From positions 1 to 39,380 of the forward strand of contig CAUQOP010000001.1 in assembly GCA_963519505.1 (NCBI GenBank): 39,380 bases of DNA, in the 5' to 3' direction. Of the stretch, positions 9,340 to 18,475 are shown one piece after another. Under the pieces are notes generated by a model. That model was not told where the DNA came from. It saw only the letters and a list, made by a program, of their open reading frames with translations, and searched no databases. This DNA is from an uncultured Flavobacteriaceae bacterium. GTDB taxonomy: Bacteria; Bacteroidota; Bacteroidia; Flavobacteriales; Weeksellaceae. The position numbers were made by a program, and so were the translations under genes. How positions within the stretch are numbered: position 1 is the first letter of the stretch; every line of letters starts with the position of its first letter.

Positions 9340-9987
9340 ATGAATTTAAAGTATCTACATTTTATTTTATTCTTTTTTGGGGTAATGGGACTTACAAATT
9401 GTAGCTCAAAAAAATATATTTCAGAGGTTCCTTATCGATATTCTTCTGAAGAGGAATATCAAGCCATAAACACTGAGAAAACAGTCATAGAAAACCAATA
9501 TACCAATGTTGATGACAACCCTGAAAAACTTGATGATAAAAAACTTCGTCTTAAGGAAAAATATGCTGTTTTATTTGGAGTAATGCCCAAAGAGATTAAA
9601 AACTATGATTTTTATACATACATAGACCCTTGGCTAGGCACACCTTATCGTAAACAAAGTCTTGAATTACAAAAAGCTGTGGACTGCTCTTATTTTGTAC
9701 AGGCCTTATACAGTGATGTTTTCCAAGAGACCTTTCCAAAAACCCCTGATGGAATTTTCCGTTCCAAAGCGCTGCAGCTTTTTACAGGAAGAACTTTTTT
9801 ACAAGAAGGAGATTTGATTTTTTTTAGATATGATAAACACAAACCTATCTCTGATGTTGGGATTTATCTCCATAATGACAGAATTTTAGCCTGTTCGAAT
9901 AACGAACTTAATATTTTTAACTTTAATAATGAATACTTTCAGCTAAGATACATCGCAGCAGGAAGGTTAAAGCCTAAAGAAAAATAA
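9340..9987 (+). CDS. NlpC/P60 (C40) family cell-wall peptidase lipoprotein
   Basis: Lipoprotein signal MNLKYLHFILFFFGVMGLTNC. The catalytic Cys context is VDCSYFVQALY and the His context is DVGIYLHNDRILAC. The ORF track begins at a TTG at 9310, but the ATG at 9340 is more likely. Confidence 0.8.
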   Translation: MNLKYLHFILFFFGVMGLTNCSSKKYISEVPYRYSSEEEYQAINTEKTVIENQYTNVDDNPEKLDDKKLRLKEKYAVLFGVMPKEIKNYDFYTYIDPWLGTPYRKQSLELQKAVDCSYFVQALYSDVFQETFPKTPDGIFRSKALQLFTGRTFLQEGDLIFFRYDKHKPISDVGIYLHNDRILACSNNELNIFNFNNEYFQLRYIAAGRLKPKEK

Positions 9988-10039
9988 CTATCAAATTTTA
10001 ATTTTATAAATTAAAACATCTAATCCAAGTCTTTATCTT

Positions 10040-10975
10040 ATGTCCGAAATTTCTTCTTTAATTCAATCTGTTTCCGAAATTTCTGCCGATATCCGTGCAG
10101 AAGTTGTAGTTGGTAACTTATTAGAGAGTGGTAGTCTTTCAGAAAACCAATACATCGTGCATAAAGAAGGACAGTTTGCAAGAACATACCGCCGTGATAT
10201 TCTCAGTTCTGAAGAAATAGATTTTGACTTTGACACTGTTTCATTTTTAAGGTTGAATTTATCTCGTGATAGTATTTATGACACCTTGCCTCAAAATATG
10301 GTTCACAGCATTCAAAATGACACCCCTGGCAAAGGAGTGGATACGATGATAAAGGAATACAGGCTACAGCAAGAACAGCAGAAACAAGCTAGAGCCTTTT
10401 TTCAGCCTTTTGAAAATGAGATGTTTGCATTTGGTGTGGAAACAGAAATGTTTGAAAGCAAATTCCTCACAAAACTCAATGATACTACAACAGCTGATAT
10501 TTTTTATGATTTTTGGGGAATGAGTAGAGATTTTCCACCTATTTTAATCTCTAAAATGATAAAAATTCTTCCTTATACTCATAAAATCGTAGGAAATATA
10601 GAGTTATCAGTTCAGATTCTTTCTTCTATTTTAAAAGAAAAAGTAGAAATACAAAGAAAAGGATTTTTCAAATATTATGATGAAGAACAAGCAATTACAT
10701 TAGGAGACTGCCATTTAGGAATAGATTTTATCACAGGACATTCTTATGATGATTATTCAGAAAATTACCAGTTACTGATAGGTCCATTACAAAACTCTCA
10801 TTTTCAAGAATACATACATGAAGGGAAATTAAAACAATTTGTAGAACTTTTTTGTGAGTATTTTTTTCCATTGGAAATGGAAATCGAACCGCAGATTTTA
10901 CTACAAGAAAATCAAGAATTATTTGAATTCAATTCTTCCCAACCTTCTATTTTAGGATATAATACCAAAATTTAG
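10040..10975 (+). CDS. tssG: Candidate T6SS baseplate subunit TssG
   Basis: 311-aa ORF of TssG-like size, cotranscribed with a TssN-like membrane protein. It is the only unassigned ORF of suitable size for the otherwise missing core component. No motif proof. Confidence 0.45.
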   Translation: MSEISSLIQSVSEISADIRAEVVVGNLLESGSLSENQYIVHKEGQFARTYRRDILSSEEIDFDFDTVSFLRLNLSRDSIYDTLPQNMVHSIQNDTPGKGVDTMIKEYRLQQEQQKQARAFFQPFENEMFAFGVETEMFESKFLTKLNDTTTADIFYDFWGMSRDFPPILISKMIKILPYTHKIVGNIELSVQILSSILKEKVEIQRKGFFKYYDEEQAITLGDCHLGIDFITGHSYDDYSENYQLLIGPLQNSHFQEYIHEGKLKQFVELFCEYFFPLEMEIEPQILLQENQELFEFNSSQPSILGYNTKI

Positions 10976-11021
10976 TACTTTATTACATTTATCTTTTTAA
11001 ATTCTTAATACTCAATAAAAA

Positions 11022-12029
11022 ATGACACAGTTAAAGAAATATTTTGAGAATCTTTTAGAACCTCAGGTTCTAGCCATTTTACTGATTGTACTTGCGGCTT
11101 GTATTGTCTTAACTATTATTTTTGGACAAAAGGTAAATGGCTTCAAAGAAAACAAATCCAAATTTTACACATATGTTTTTTCTTTGGCTTTTATTTATTC
11201 CATTATTGCTTTTTTAGGATTTAATAAATTATTCATGGACAAAGAGTTACATGAATTTATATTTTATCAGGTTTCTTCACTTGTTTTAGGAATTATTCAT
11301 TGTAGGCTTTATCGTAGTTATCTTCAAAAATTTAATGATGATAAAAAACTTACTGAATATCTTTTTGCTTTAATTGCGGCTTTGTACAGTTTAATTCCTT
11401 TTGGGCTGATTTACACTTTATTGAATAGCTCTCAATTTTTGCCTTTAATGCTGGGACATTATCTTTTGTTCTTCGTTCCTACTTTGTTTAATGATACTTT
11501 TAACCGAGCGATGAGTATTCCGCCGAGGATTTATAAAACATGGCAGTTTCCACAGAATTACAAACAATTGGCAGGTGTTAGTGATGAAGAAATGCGAGAT
11601 TTGGTTGTCTTTTCATTTATGATTGACAAAGGTGAATTTTCTGAAAAATATAATGTTTACCGTGCTAAAGGACCCACAAGGCTCGATTTTGGACGGCTTT
11701 TTTACAATTTTGTACTGGATTATAATGAAAGACATTCTGAGTCTCCTATCGAAATTGAGGGAAAAAACGGACTTTACAACTGGGTGTTTTTTCTACAGCC
11801 AAAATGGTATGAAACTACGAAATACATTGACCCAGAACTGACTTTGTATATGAATGGAATAGAAGAAAACAGTGTGGTGTTTTGTGTCCGTTCTGAGCAG
11901 CTGGGGGTGGGAAAGGAAACAAAAGAAGAGGAACAAAAAATAGACTTTGAGTTTAATAGTTATAAGGAAAACAAAAGATCTTCTCAAACCATTAAAAAAG
12001 CAAATGACTCACAAGAAACAATTTCATAA
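11022..12029 (+). CDS. tssN: Candidate T6SS-iii membrane protein TssN
   Basis: 335 aa. The N-terminal half has several hydrophobic helices (e.g. LAILLIVLAACIVLTIIF, FSLAFIYSIIAFLGF, LFALIAALYSLIPFGLIY) and the C-terminal half is a soluble domain. This matches the architecture described for Bacteroidota TssN. Confidence 0.5.
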   Translation: MTQLKKYFENLLEPQVLAILLIVLAACIVLTIIFGQKVNGFKENKSKFYTYVFSLAFIYSIIAFLGFNKLFMDKELHEFIFYQVSSLVLGIIHCRLYRSYLQKFNDDKKLTEYLFALIAALYSLIPFGLIYTLLNSSQFLPLMLGHYLLFFVPTLFNDTFNRAMSIPPRIYKTWQFPQNYKQLAGVSDEEMRDLVVFSFMIDKGEFSEKYNVYRAKGPTRLDFGRLFYNFVLDYNERHSESPIEIEGKNGLYNWVFFLQPKWYETTKYIDPELTLYMNGIEENSVVFCVRSEQLGVGKETKEEEQKIDFEFNSYKENKRSSQTIKKANDSQETIS

Positions 12030-12061
12030 TAAATTATCCTCTAATCCATTATTTTCAGAAA

Positions 12062-13072
12062 ATGTACAAAACATGTAAAATAGACCAAGGAACTGTAACT
12101 CTGAAAGAAATTGCAAAGCATTTTGATTTAGAACCAGATGAACTCCGTTGGTTTCATAATCGTTTTTGTCCATTGGAAGACTTAATTGGCACTGATATAC
12201 AGCCTCATACTTCTATCATCTACCTCCCCGCCCCTGGAGAAGATTCAGGATATTATAAAAATACAAGAAAGACTAAACTCCTGCTTGATAAAAATTATCA
12301 TTTACTTTGTCCTCTGTCATTCTCCAAAAAATATGGGATAGAACTTATAATTTCTGGAGATAAAAAAACAAAAATTGCTTACGAAATTGAGGTTCAGAAA
12401 AAGAACAAGAACCTTATTCATATTTTTCAGAAAGATGTCTGGGTAGATGAAACTCTACCTGAATTTATTATGGAAAAAATAGCTAGTGAAATAGGAAGTA
12501 TTTTTTATCCTCTCGAGTTAGAATTGTATGATAATGGTAAATTAAAACTTATCACAAATTTTACTGAAATACAGAACAGATGGAAACAGAAAAGACAAGA
12601 ATTAGCCTCCTATTACAAAGGTCATTTTATAGAAAACTTACTAAATAACATAGATCAGCAGATAGAATACCGCGGCAAAACCCAAAAGAGAATTTTAAAC
12701 AATTTCTTCTTTGCTTTTTATTTTATGCCTTTGTACGAAGAGTGGACAGAGGATTATTCCTCTTCCTTCCAGGCAGGACTGCCAATGTTCCCAAAAAAAG
12801 AGAGGGTTTTATATGAATTTACATTATCTTTGAATAAAGAAATTTCAGATAATCAGAAAGTTATCATCCTTGCAAAAGGAAAATGCATAGAAAAGAGTAA
12901 TACTGATGGTATTCTTCCGGCAGAGAATAATGAAAAAACAGAAGGCTCAGCAGAGTTCATCTATAAACTCAATGCGGAAGACAACAGTATTTTTTCTATA
13001 TTAGGAAAAGTAGATTTAAAACAAGGGGATTACCATCAGAAAATAAACTTTAAATGTTTTGAAATAATATAA
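12062..13072 (+). CDS. Hypothetical T6SS-embedded protein (LysM-like N-terminus?)
   Basis: 336-aa ORF between tssN and the PAAR-like gene. The N-terminal CKIDQGTVTLKEIAKHFDLEPDELRWFHN...IIYLP loosely follows the LysM pattern. Confidence 0.45.
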   Translation: MYKTCKIDQGTVTLKEIAKHFDLEPDELRWFHNRFCPLEDLIGTDIQPHTSIIYLPAPGEDSGYYKNTRKTKLLLDKNYHLLCPLSFSKKYGIELIISGDKKTKIAYEIEVQKKNKNLIHIFQKDVWVDETLPEFIMEKIASEIGSIFYPLELELYDNGKLKLITNFTEIQNRWKQKRQELASYYKGHFIENLLNNIDQQIEYRGKTQKRILNNFFFAFYFMPLYEEWTEDYSSSFQAGLPMFPKKERVLYEFTLSLNKEISDNQKVIILAKGKCIEKSNTDGILPAENNEKTEGSAEFIYKLNAEDNSIFSILGKVDLKQGDYHQKINFKCFEII

Positions 13073-13082
13073 ATGAAAAGCC

Positions 13083-13559
13083 ATGAGTGAGAAACATCTT
13101 GTCTGCCAAGGAGCTGTTTGTCAGTGTATTTTTGGAACTGCTCCTGACACTTTAAAAGTAAAAACTCAGAAAAAGCATTTTATCAATGACTTAGAAGGGG
13201 AAGAGAAATTAATCGCTACAGACCAAGATTTAGGAAAAACCTTGGAGAATAACACTTTTGGGAGCTGTGCAAAGTTGAATAACAATCCCTGTCAGGCGAT
13301 TATTACAGAATGGAGTGGGTTTTATGACAAGGTCACATTGGAAGCCAATGGCGGACATCCGCTCCTAGAAGACAGTAAGGCTACCTGCCCTATTGGTGGA
13401 AAGGACTGCATCAGTATAACCCATCATGGGCAGAGCTGTGAGGTAAGCTCTCAAAGCCTAAACAACGCCCGCCCAGAAGTTCTTACTGAGCTGTGTCCGT
13501 TTTTTGATTTTACAGACACTGAAGAGAGTGAACAGAATGAAAACGAAGTAAAACTCTAA
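13083..13559 (+). CDS. DUF4280 PAAR-like spike-tip protein
   Basis: 158 aa. The cysteine pattern and motifs are typical of DUF4280: LVCQGAVCQCIFGTAP..L, TFGSCAKLNNNPCQ, SKATCPIGG..I. It has an acidic C-terminal tail. Confidence 0.8.
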   Translation: MSEKHLVCQGAVCQCIFGTAPDTLKVKTQKKHFINDLEGEEKLIATDQDLGKTLENNTFGSCAKLNNNPCQAIITEWSGFYDKVTLEANGGHPLLEDSKATCPIGGKDCISITHHGQSCEVSSQSLNNARPEVLTELCPFFDFTDTEESEQNENEVKL

Positions 13560-13573
13560 AAACTGAATGAATA

Positions 13574-15541
13574 ATGAAAATAATAGGCGAAACAGCACCA
13601 TTAACAGGCAGGGATTACCAGTATAAACTGGTCAATGATAAGCGTGAAAAAGTTGCCGTAAAAGAATGGCAGGTAGTATTAGATGGAATAATATTAAAGA
13701 CCAACAGTACAGGGGAGTTTGTATTTAATATGAACTTAGCAATGAAGACGCTCAAGATATTAGCATTTACCAGCAATAAAACTTATACACTGAGTGTGTC
13801 CGTTGTAATGGGGGCTCCCACTGTCAGCTGGGTAGAATGGCAGGATATTGAAGGGAAGCCATTAAAGGGGCGTAAAGTAGGCTATTTAGATAAAGTTCGG
13901 CTGTGTATACAAACACAAAATATTCGTAAGGGAGAAAAACTAACAGTTACCATTTATGAAGACCAATTTCTTGATGGACATGGATTATCCTCTACAACAA
14001 TGGGAACTTACCAAACGATAGGTGTCAATAAGAATGGCAGGGCTTATTTATTACTTAATAATATTAAAGTTTATAGAGGTAAACTTAATGTTGATTTTAT
14101 TGATGAATCAGAACATGAATACTATGTTAGAATTGTATATAATAAAATCATTGATATTATAAAAGATGATGTACAGCTCATAGTTCAAAATGAACTGAAA
14201 CAATATATAAAACCTAAACAAACGAACACTCCTGTAAAAGTAGGTGCTTCTAAACCACCGAAAAAAAACACAAAAAAGGAAGAAGTAGATATAACTTTTA
14301 ATCTATTTTTTGATGGAACACAGAATAATAAACAAAATACTTTTGAAAGGCATAAAAATTCCGAAGCATACCGAAAATTCAGCAACAAAAAAGATGATAG
14401 TTATATGAATGAGCTGTCTAATGTAGCTATTTTAGACGAGATTGCGATAGATTCTAACCATATGCACAAAATTTATAATTGGGGGATAGGTTCTAATGTT
14501 AGAGGAAAAGATGAAAAGTCTGTAGTTGGTTTAGCTATAATGGCAGATTTATCAGATATAGGAGATATTCCTAAAGTAGAAGTGGACAAAAGCCTTTTCT
14601 CCTCCCTTAAAGGAAGGATAGAATGGACATTTTCAAAAATGGAAAAGATAGTAAAAATAAAATATTCAAAAAATAAAATAAAAACAGCAACTTTTAATAT
14701 TTTTGGATTTAGTAGAGGTGCGACAACTGCCCGATATTTTATGTCTTTGGAAAACAGAATAAAAACTACTTTACAATTAGATTCTATCCAAAACATTATC
14801 TTTAATTTCGTTGGGTTGTTTGATACTGTTGCTTCTTTTGGATTTCTCCACTATAATGATGTGGAGCAGTTGAATCTCACAGCAGTGAGTAAAGCAAAAA
14901 AGGTGGTACACCTTATTGCAGCTAATGAATATAGAGAATATTTTGCTCTTTCGGATATTAGTAGCGCAATAAAAAAAGGAGTAGGATATGAACTAGTTCT
15001 TCCTGGTGCTCACTCAGATATAGGAGGTGGTTATCCAAAAATAGAGGAAGAAGTAAGGTTTCTGGACAGTGAAGTACACCCCAAAAAGGAATTTACTAAA
15101 GAGATTAATGCAACAAAGGGGAAATATATGGAATCAGGCTGGTATACCATACAACAGCTTGAAATAGAAGAAGGATATGTGAGAGAGAGTGGATATGTAT
15201 GTAACCTGTATGGAAAACGAAAACTTACAAATGAATATCAGTATATTTCTCTAAAAATAATGAAATATTTTTGTGAGAAATATACAAAAATGAGTTTTAA
15301 TGAATCTGAATTTTCTCGATATCGTGTAAAAAACTCTTTTTTACAACAAATAGAAAAAGAATTATACGAATATGCTATTGCCAACGACAGTGCCTCCAAA
15401 AAAATAGCAAGCCCTAATTATAGAGACTTGAAAATATTGAGAAATAAATTTTTACATATCTCACACAAGAAAAATGAACTATTTTTGGATGGACGGCTAA
15501 ATAATAAAGGAGAATTAGAAAGAGAAATAAAAAAGGGATAA
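13574..15541 (+). CDS. DUF2235 alpha/beta-hydrolase T6SS effector (Tle1-like phospholipase) with about 230-aa N-terminal extension
   Basis: The four DUF2235 hallmarks are readable: FFDGTQNN, the GxSxG nucleophile elbow in FGFSRGATTARYF, GLFDTVASFG, and PGAHSDIGGGY. It follows the PAAR-like gene by 14 nt. Confidence 0.85.
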   Translation: MKIIGETAPLTGRDYQYKLVNDKREKVAVKEWQVVLDGIILKTNSTGEFVFNMNLAMKTLKILAFTSNKTYTLSVSVVMGAPTVSWVEWQDIEGKPLKGRKVGYLDKVRLCIQTQNIRKGEKLTVTIYEDQFLDGHGLSSTTMGTYQTIGVNKNGRAYLLLNNIKVYRGKLNVDFIDESEHEYYVRIVYNKIIDIIKDDVQLIVQNELKQYIKPKQTNTPVKVGASKPPKKNTKKEEVDITFNLFFDGTQNNKQNTFERHKNSEAYRKFSNKKDDSYMNELSNVAILDEIAIDSNHMHKIYNWGIGSNVRGKDEKSVVGLAIMADLSDIGDIPKVEVDKSLFSSLKGRIEWTFSKMEKIVKIKYSKNKIKTATFNIFGFSRGATTARYFMSLENRIKTTLQLDSIQNIIFNFVGLFDTVASFGFLHYNDVEQLNLTAVSKAKKVVHLIAANEYREYFALSDISSAIKKGVGYELVLPGAHSDIGGGYPKIEEEVRFLDSEVHPKKEFTKEINATKGKYMESGWYTIQQLEIEEGYVRESGYVCNLYGKRKLTNEYQYISLKIMKYFCEKYTKMSFNESEFSRYRVKNSFLQQIEKELYEYAIANDSASKKIASPNYRDLKILRNKFLHISHKKNELFLDGRLNNKGELEREIKKG

Positions 15542-15545
15542 AACG

Positions 15546-16664
15546 ATGCAAAAAATATTAGTAATAATAGGAATAGTGATGAATAGTATAATAGCAAATG
15601 GGTGCAAAAAATACCAAGAACCTGAAAATGAGATATATGATGTACTAACAGGAGCAACAGCAGATAGAGGATACTCTATGAATATGTACCACGGATATTT
15701 AGAATATGAGAATGATGTTAACCATATTCCTATAGGAGATGGGCATGGTTATCTTAGTACAGGTTTATGGAATAATCATTTTGTAGGCTGGGATAAATAT
15801 CGTGCTCCAGATTCATTGGATATACGATGGTTATCAATTACAGAAGATAAGTTCTATGAAGGGAAATTCAAATTCTCTGAAGAACTAAAACAGAAAATGA
15901 AGACTTTTTCGAAAGAAAAAAGTGTCTTATTGAATTTTGTTCTCTTACCAAAGGGACAGATTTGGCTGTATATGATAGATGAAAATCGAGAATTAGTCCA
16001 AAAATATCAAGCTCAGGAAATAAGCGTTTTGGGGCAAGAAGAATTTACTAAACGAGTATTCTTTTATTTACCAGATAGAAATGATATCGAAAGCCGAAAA
16101 GAATATATAAAATCTAGGATAAGTGAACTGCCAGCCCAAACCCAGAAAGAAGTAGCAGAAGGGACTATTCCTACAGATTATTGGGAGAAACTAGACAAAC
16201 GATATTTATGGAATTTCAAAATAACCCCATCTATATTAGGGAAAATAGAAGTGGTAAACAAAGAGAAGGGTTATATCAATTTTCTGAATGCGGAATTATT
16301 TAGTTTTAGTGCTTTAAAAAAAGAAAGAGCTATTCCTATCTATATAGAATATGAATCTGCGATAGAGAACAGCTATGAGTTTACCACAAGAATCTATCTT
16401 ACAGGAGTTCCAGGGAAAGAAGACATGAATTATCTGCCATACGAACAGATGCGGGCAAGAGAGCAGGAATTGATAAAATTATTTTCAGATTTTTATGAAA
16501 AAATTGGCAGGAAAGAGTTTGAAATTTATTTGAAACTAGATGACATGTTTATCCCAAAAGGGCTGTATCTGAAACATGGTGAGATAGAACAGAAAATTCC
16601 TAATGTATACATAGAAGCCTTTAATGATACTTTTGATAAAGAACTTTACATTGGTGTAATGTAA
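15546..16664 (+). CDS. Lipoprotein, DUF2931-like immunity candidate
   Basis: 372 aa with the lipobox ..SIIANGC. It starts 4 nt after the effector stop. It shares PDSLDIRWLS...FYEG and ..IWLY...E.....YQAQE with the other immunity paralogues. Confidence 0.55.
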   Translation: MQKILVIIGIVMNSIIANGCKKYQEPENEIYDVLTGATADRGYSMNMYHGYLEYENDVNHIPIGDGHGYLSTGLWNNHFVGWDKYRAPDSLDIRWLSITEDKFYEGKFKFSEELKQKMKTFSKEKSVLLNFVLLPKGQIWLYMIDENRELVQKYQAQEISVLGQEEFTKRVFFYLPDRNDIESRKEYIKSRISELPAQTQKEVAEGTIPTDYWEKLDKRYLWNFKITPSILGKIEVVNKEKGYINFLNAELFSFSALKKERAIPIYIEYESAIENSYEFTTRIYLTGVPGKEDMNYLPYEQMRAREQELIKLFSDFYEKIGRKEFEIYLKLDDMFIPKGLYLKHGEIEQKIPNVYIEAFNDTFDKELYIGVM

Positions 16665-16739
16665 AAAAAGGAATCAAGTATATTACAAAATGATTTTTGG
16701 ATTGACTAAAGCGATTTTCTAAAAATATGAAATTTTGAT

Positions 16740-17378
16740 TTGGCAGATATTTCTTCTGTTGCCAAAACTTCGCCAGACAGTGGTAAAAAAGGAGGAATAG
16801 AACTATTTTTCCCTGGTGTGCATTCTGATGTAGGCGGCAGCTATGTAGACGGCGCTCCCAATATATCATATAAAATAAACTTTTCTTCTGAGATGGAATT
16901 TTTAACAAAAGAGAAAGAAGAACTCATACGGCAAGGCTGGTTCTCTAGCCAGCAAATATCTGTGAAGTATTATCTTACCATACATGGACTCAATAACTAT
17001 CGTTTAGAGGGAATTAAAAATAGTGTAAGCAACCAGTACAGTTATATCCCGCTGCATATTATGGCTGAATTTGGCAGAAAAAAAGGGGTACAATTTGATA
17101 ACAATATACTTTATAGTTCATCTAAAATTACTAATAACCCTGATTTCCTTAATAAAGTGAAGAAAATTCTGTGGGATTATAGTTTTAACGGCGGTCCACG
17201 CTTGGTTTATAAAGAAAAAGGCACCGAGGCAGAAAATGAACTGATTAGAAAGTTAAGGCTGTACTATCTCCACTGGAACTCTACCTACGGCACGATAGAT
17301 GATTCCCTTGGGGCTTTCGTAACTGGAAAGGACAAACCTAATTTTAAAAATAGTAAAAGACAACGAGATGTATATTAA
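16740..17378 (+). pseudogene. Orphan C-terminal fragment of a third DUF2235 effector
   Basis: The 212-codon frame opens at a TTG. It contains only the His motif (FPGVHSDVGGSY) and the C-terminal region, which is alignable to residues about 470-600 of ORF 13574..15541. The FDGT, GFSRG and LFDTV motifs are absent. Confidence 0.65.
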
Positions 17379-18462
17379 AAATTTAATCACTTGTTTCTGC
17401 TTGATTTTTTTATTAACCCACTGTAAAGAAAATCCTTTTATGAAAACAGAGAAATATCCTTATGCTGTTACAGCTACAGGTCCCGAAGGTTATCCTATGG
17501 AAGTACATATGGGCTACTTCTTGGATGAAAAAGAAGAGCTGATATGCGGTGTGCCTAGAACAGGTTCCTTGAGTGCAGGCTGGCAGGGTGATGCAGCCGA
17601 AGGCGGACAAAATGGAGATAAAATACCTGCCTATCTATCCCTTACCTATGTTTCCTATGCAGAAAAGAAGTTCTATAATGTAGAGGCCAAGCTCCCTGCA
17701 GAAAAAATCCTTGAAGAATTTAGAAAGGGATATAAACTAAAAAAGTACATGAGTGATGAAACAGAAGACCTGACCTATGGGAAACTAACGGTAGGTATGG
17801 CACCTGGGGGAGTGGTTGTCCTATGGCTTTCTGGAAAATCTCATCGCGTAGAAATCTGCAGACTGCAGGCTAAAGAAGTCTTTGTAGACAAGGACGATTT
17901 CAGAAGAAGAGTTTTTGAAAATGAAACCCAGCAGGAGTTTTTTGATGTTGCTTATGATTTAGCCCTCTCTGACAGCATAAAACAAGATATCAAAGAAAGA
18001 GGGATTCCGTTTGGGCTGTGGGATGAGTATAGAGAAAAATACAACTACCGCTTTACTTTCAGACCTTATGATGACAGAGATAAATTTACTTATATAAATG
18101 CTCTATATTATAATGGAGAAGCAGAAGAAATTTTAAAGCCAGACCTTGCCCTAAAAAAATATACTTCCAGAGGTATTCCTTATAGGTGTAATTTTATATT
18201 TTTCTCATACAGCACAGAGATTATTTTTAATGACAGAGAGATGATACAGGTTTTCAAAGAACTGAAGAAAAAACACCCTGGCAAGCCTATAGATATTATC
18301 CTGACTCCTACTTTTCTATATAACGAAATAAAAGTATCTGTAAAATGTGAAGACGAAGAAATCCCTCTATCCAAATACATAATGGAAGGCGTCTGGGGAG
18401 AATCCATAGATGATGCCATAGAAAGGAGAGCTTTAGAAGAAAATAACGGTAATGGGGAGTAA
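17368..18462 (+). CDS. Lipoprotein, DUF2931-like immunity protein cognate to the orphan effector fragment
   Basis: 364 aa with the lipobox LLTHC. Its start overlaps the fragment's stop by 11 nt. The motifs LTVGMAPGGVVVLWLSGKSHRVEICRLQAKE match paralogues A and B. Confidence 0.6.
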   Translation: MYIKNLITCFCLIFLLTHCKENPFMKTEKYPYAVTATGPEGYPMEVHMGYFLDEKEELICGVPRTGSLSAGWQGDAAEGGQNGDKIPAYLSLTYVSYAEKKFYNVEAKLPAEKILEEFRKGYKLKKYMSDETEDLTYGKLTVGMAPGGVVVLWLSGKSHRVEICRLQAKEVFVDKDDFRRRVFENETQQEFFDVAYDLALSDSIKQDIKERGIPFGLWDEYREKYNYRFTFRPYDDRDKFTYINALYYNGEAEEILKPDLALKKYTSRGIPYRCNFIFFSYSTEIIFNDREMIQVFKELKKKHPGKPIDIILTPTFLYNEIKVSVKCEDEEIPLSKYIMEGVWGESIDDAIERRALEENNGNGE

Positions 18463-18475
18463 TTATAAAAACATT

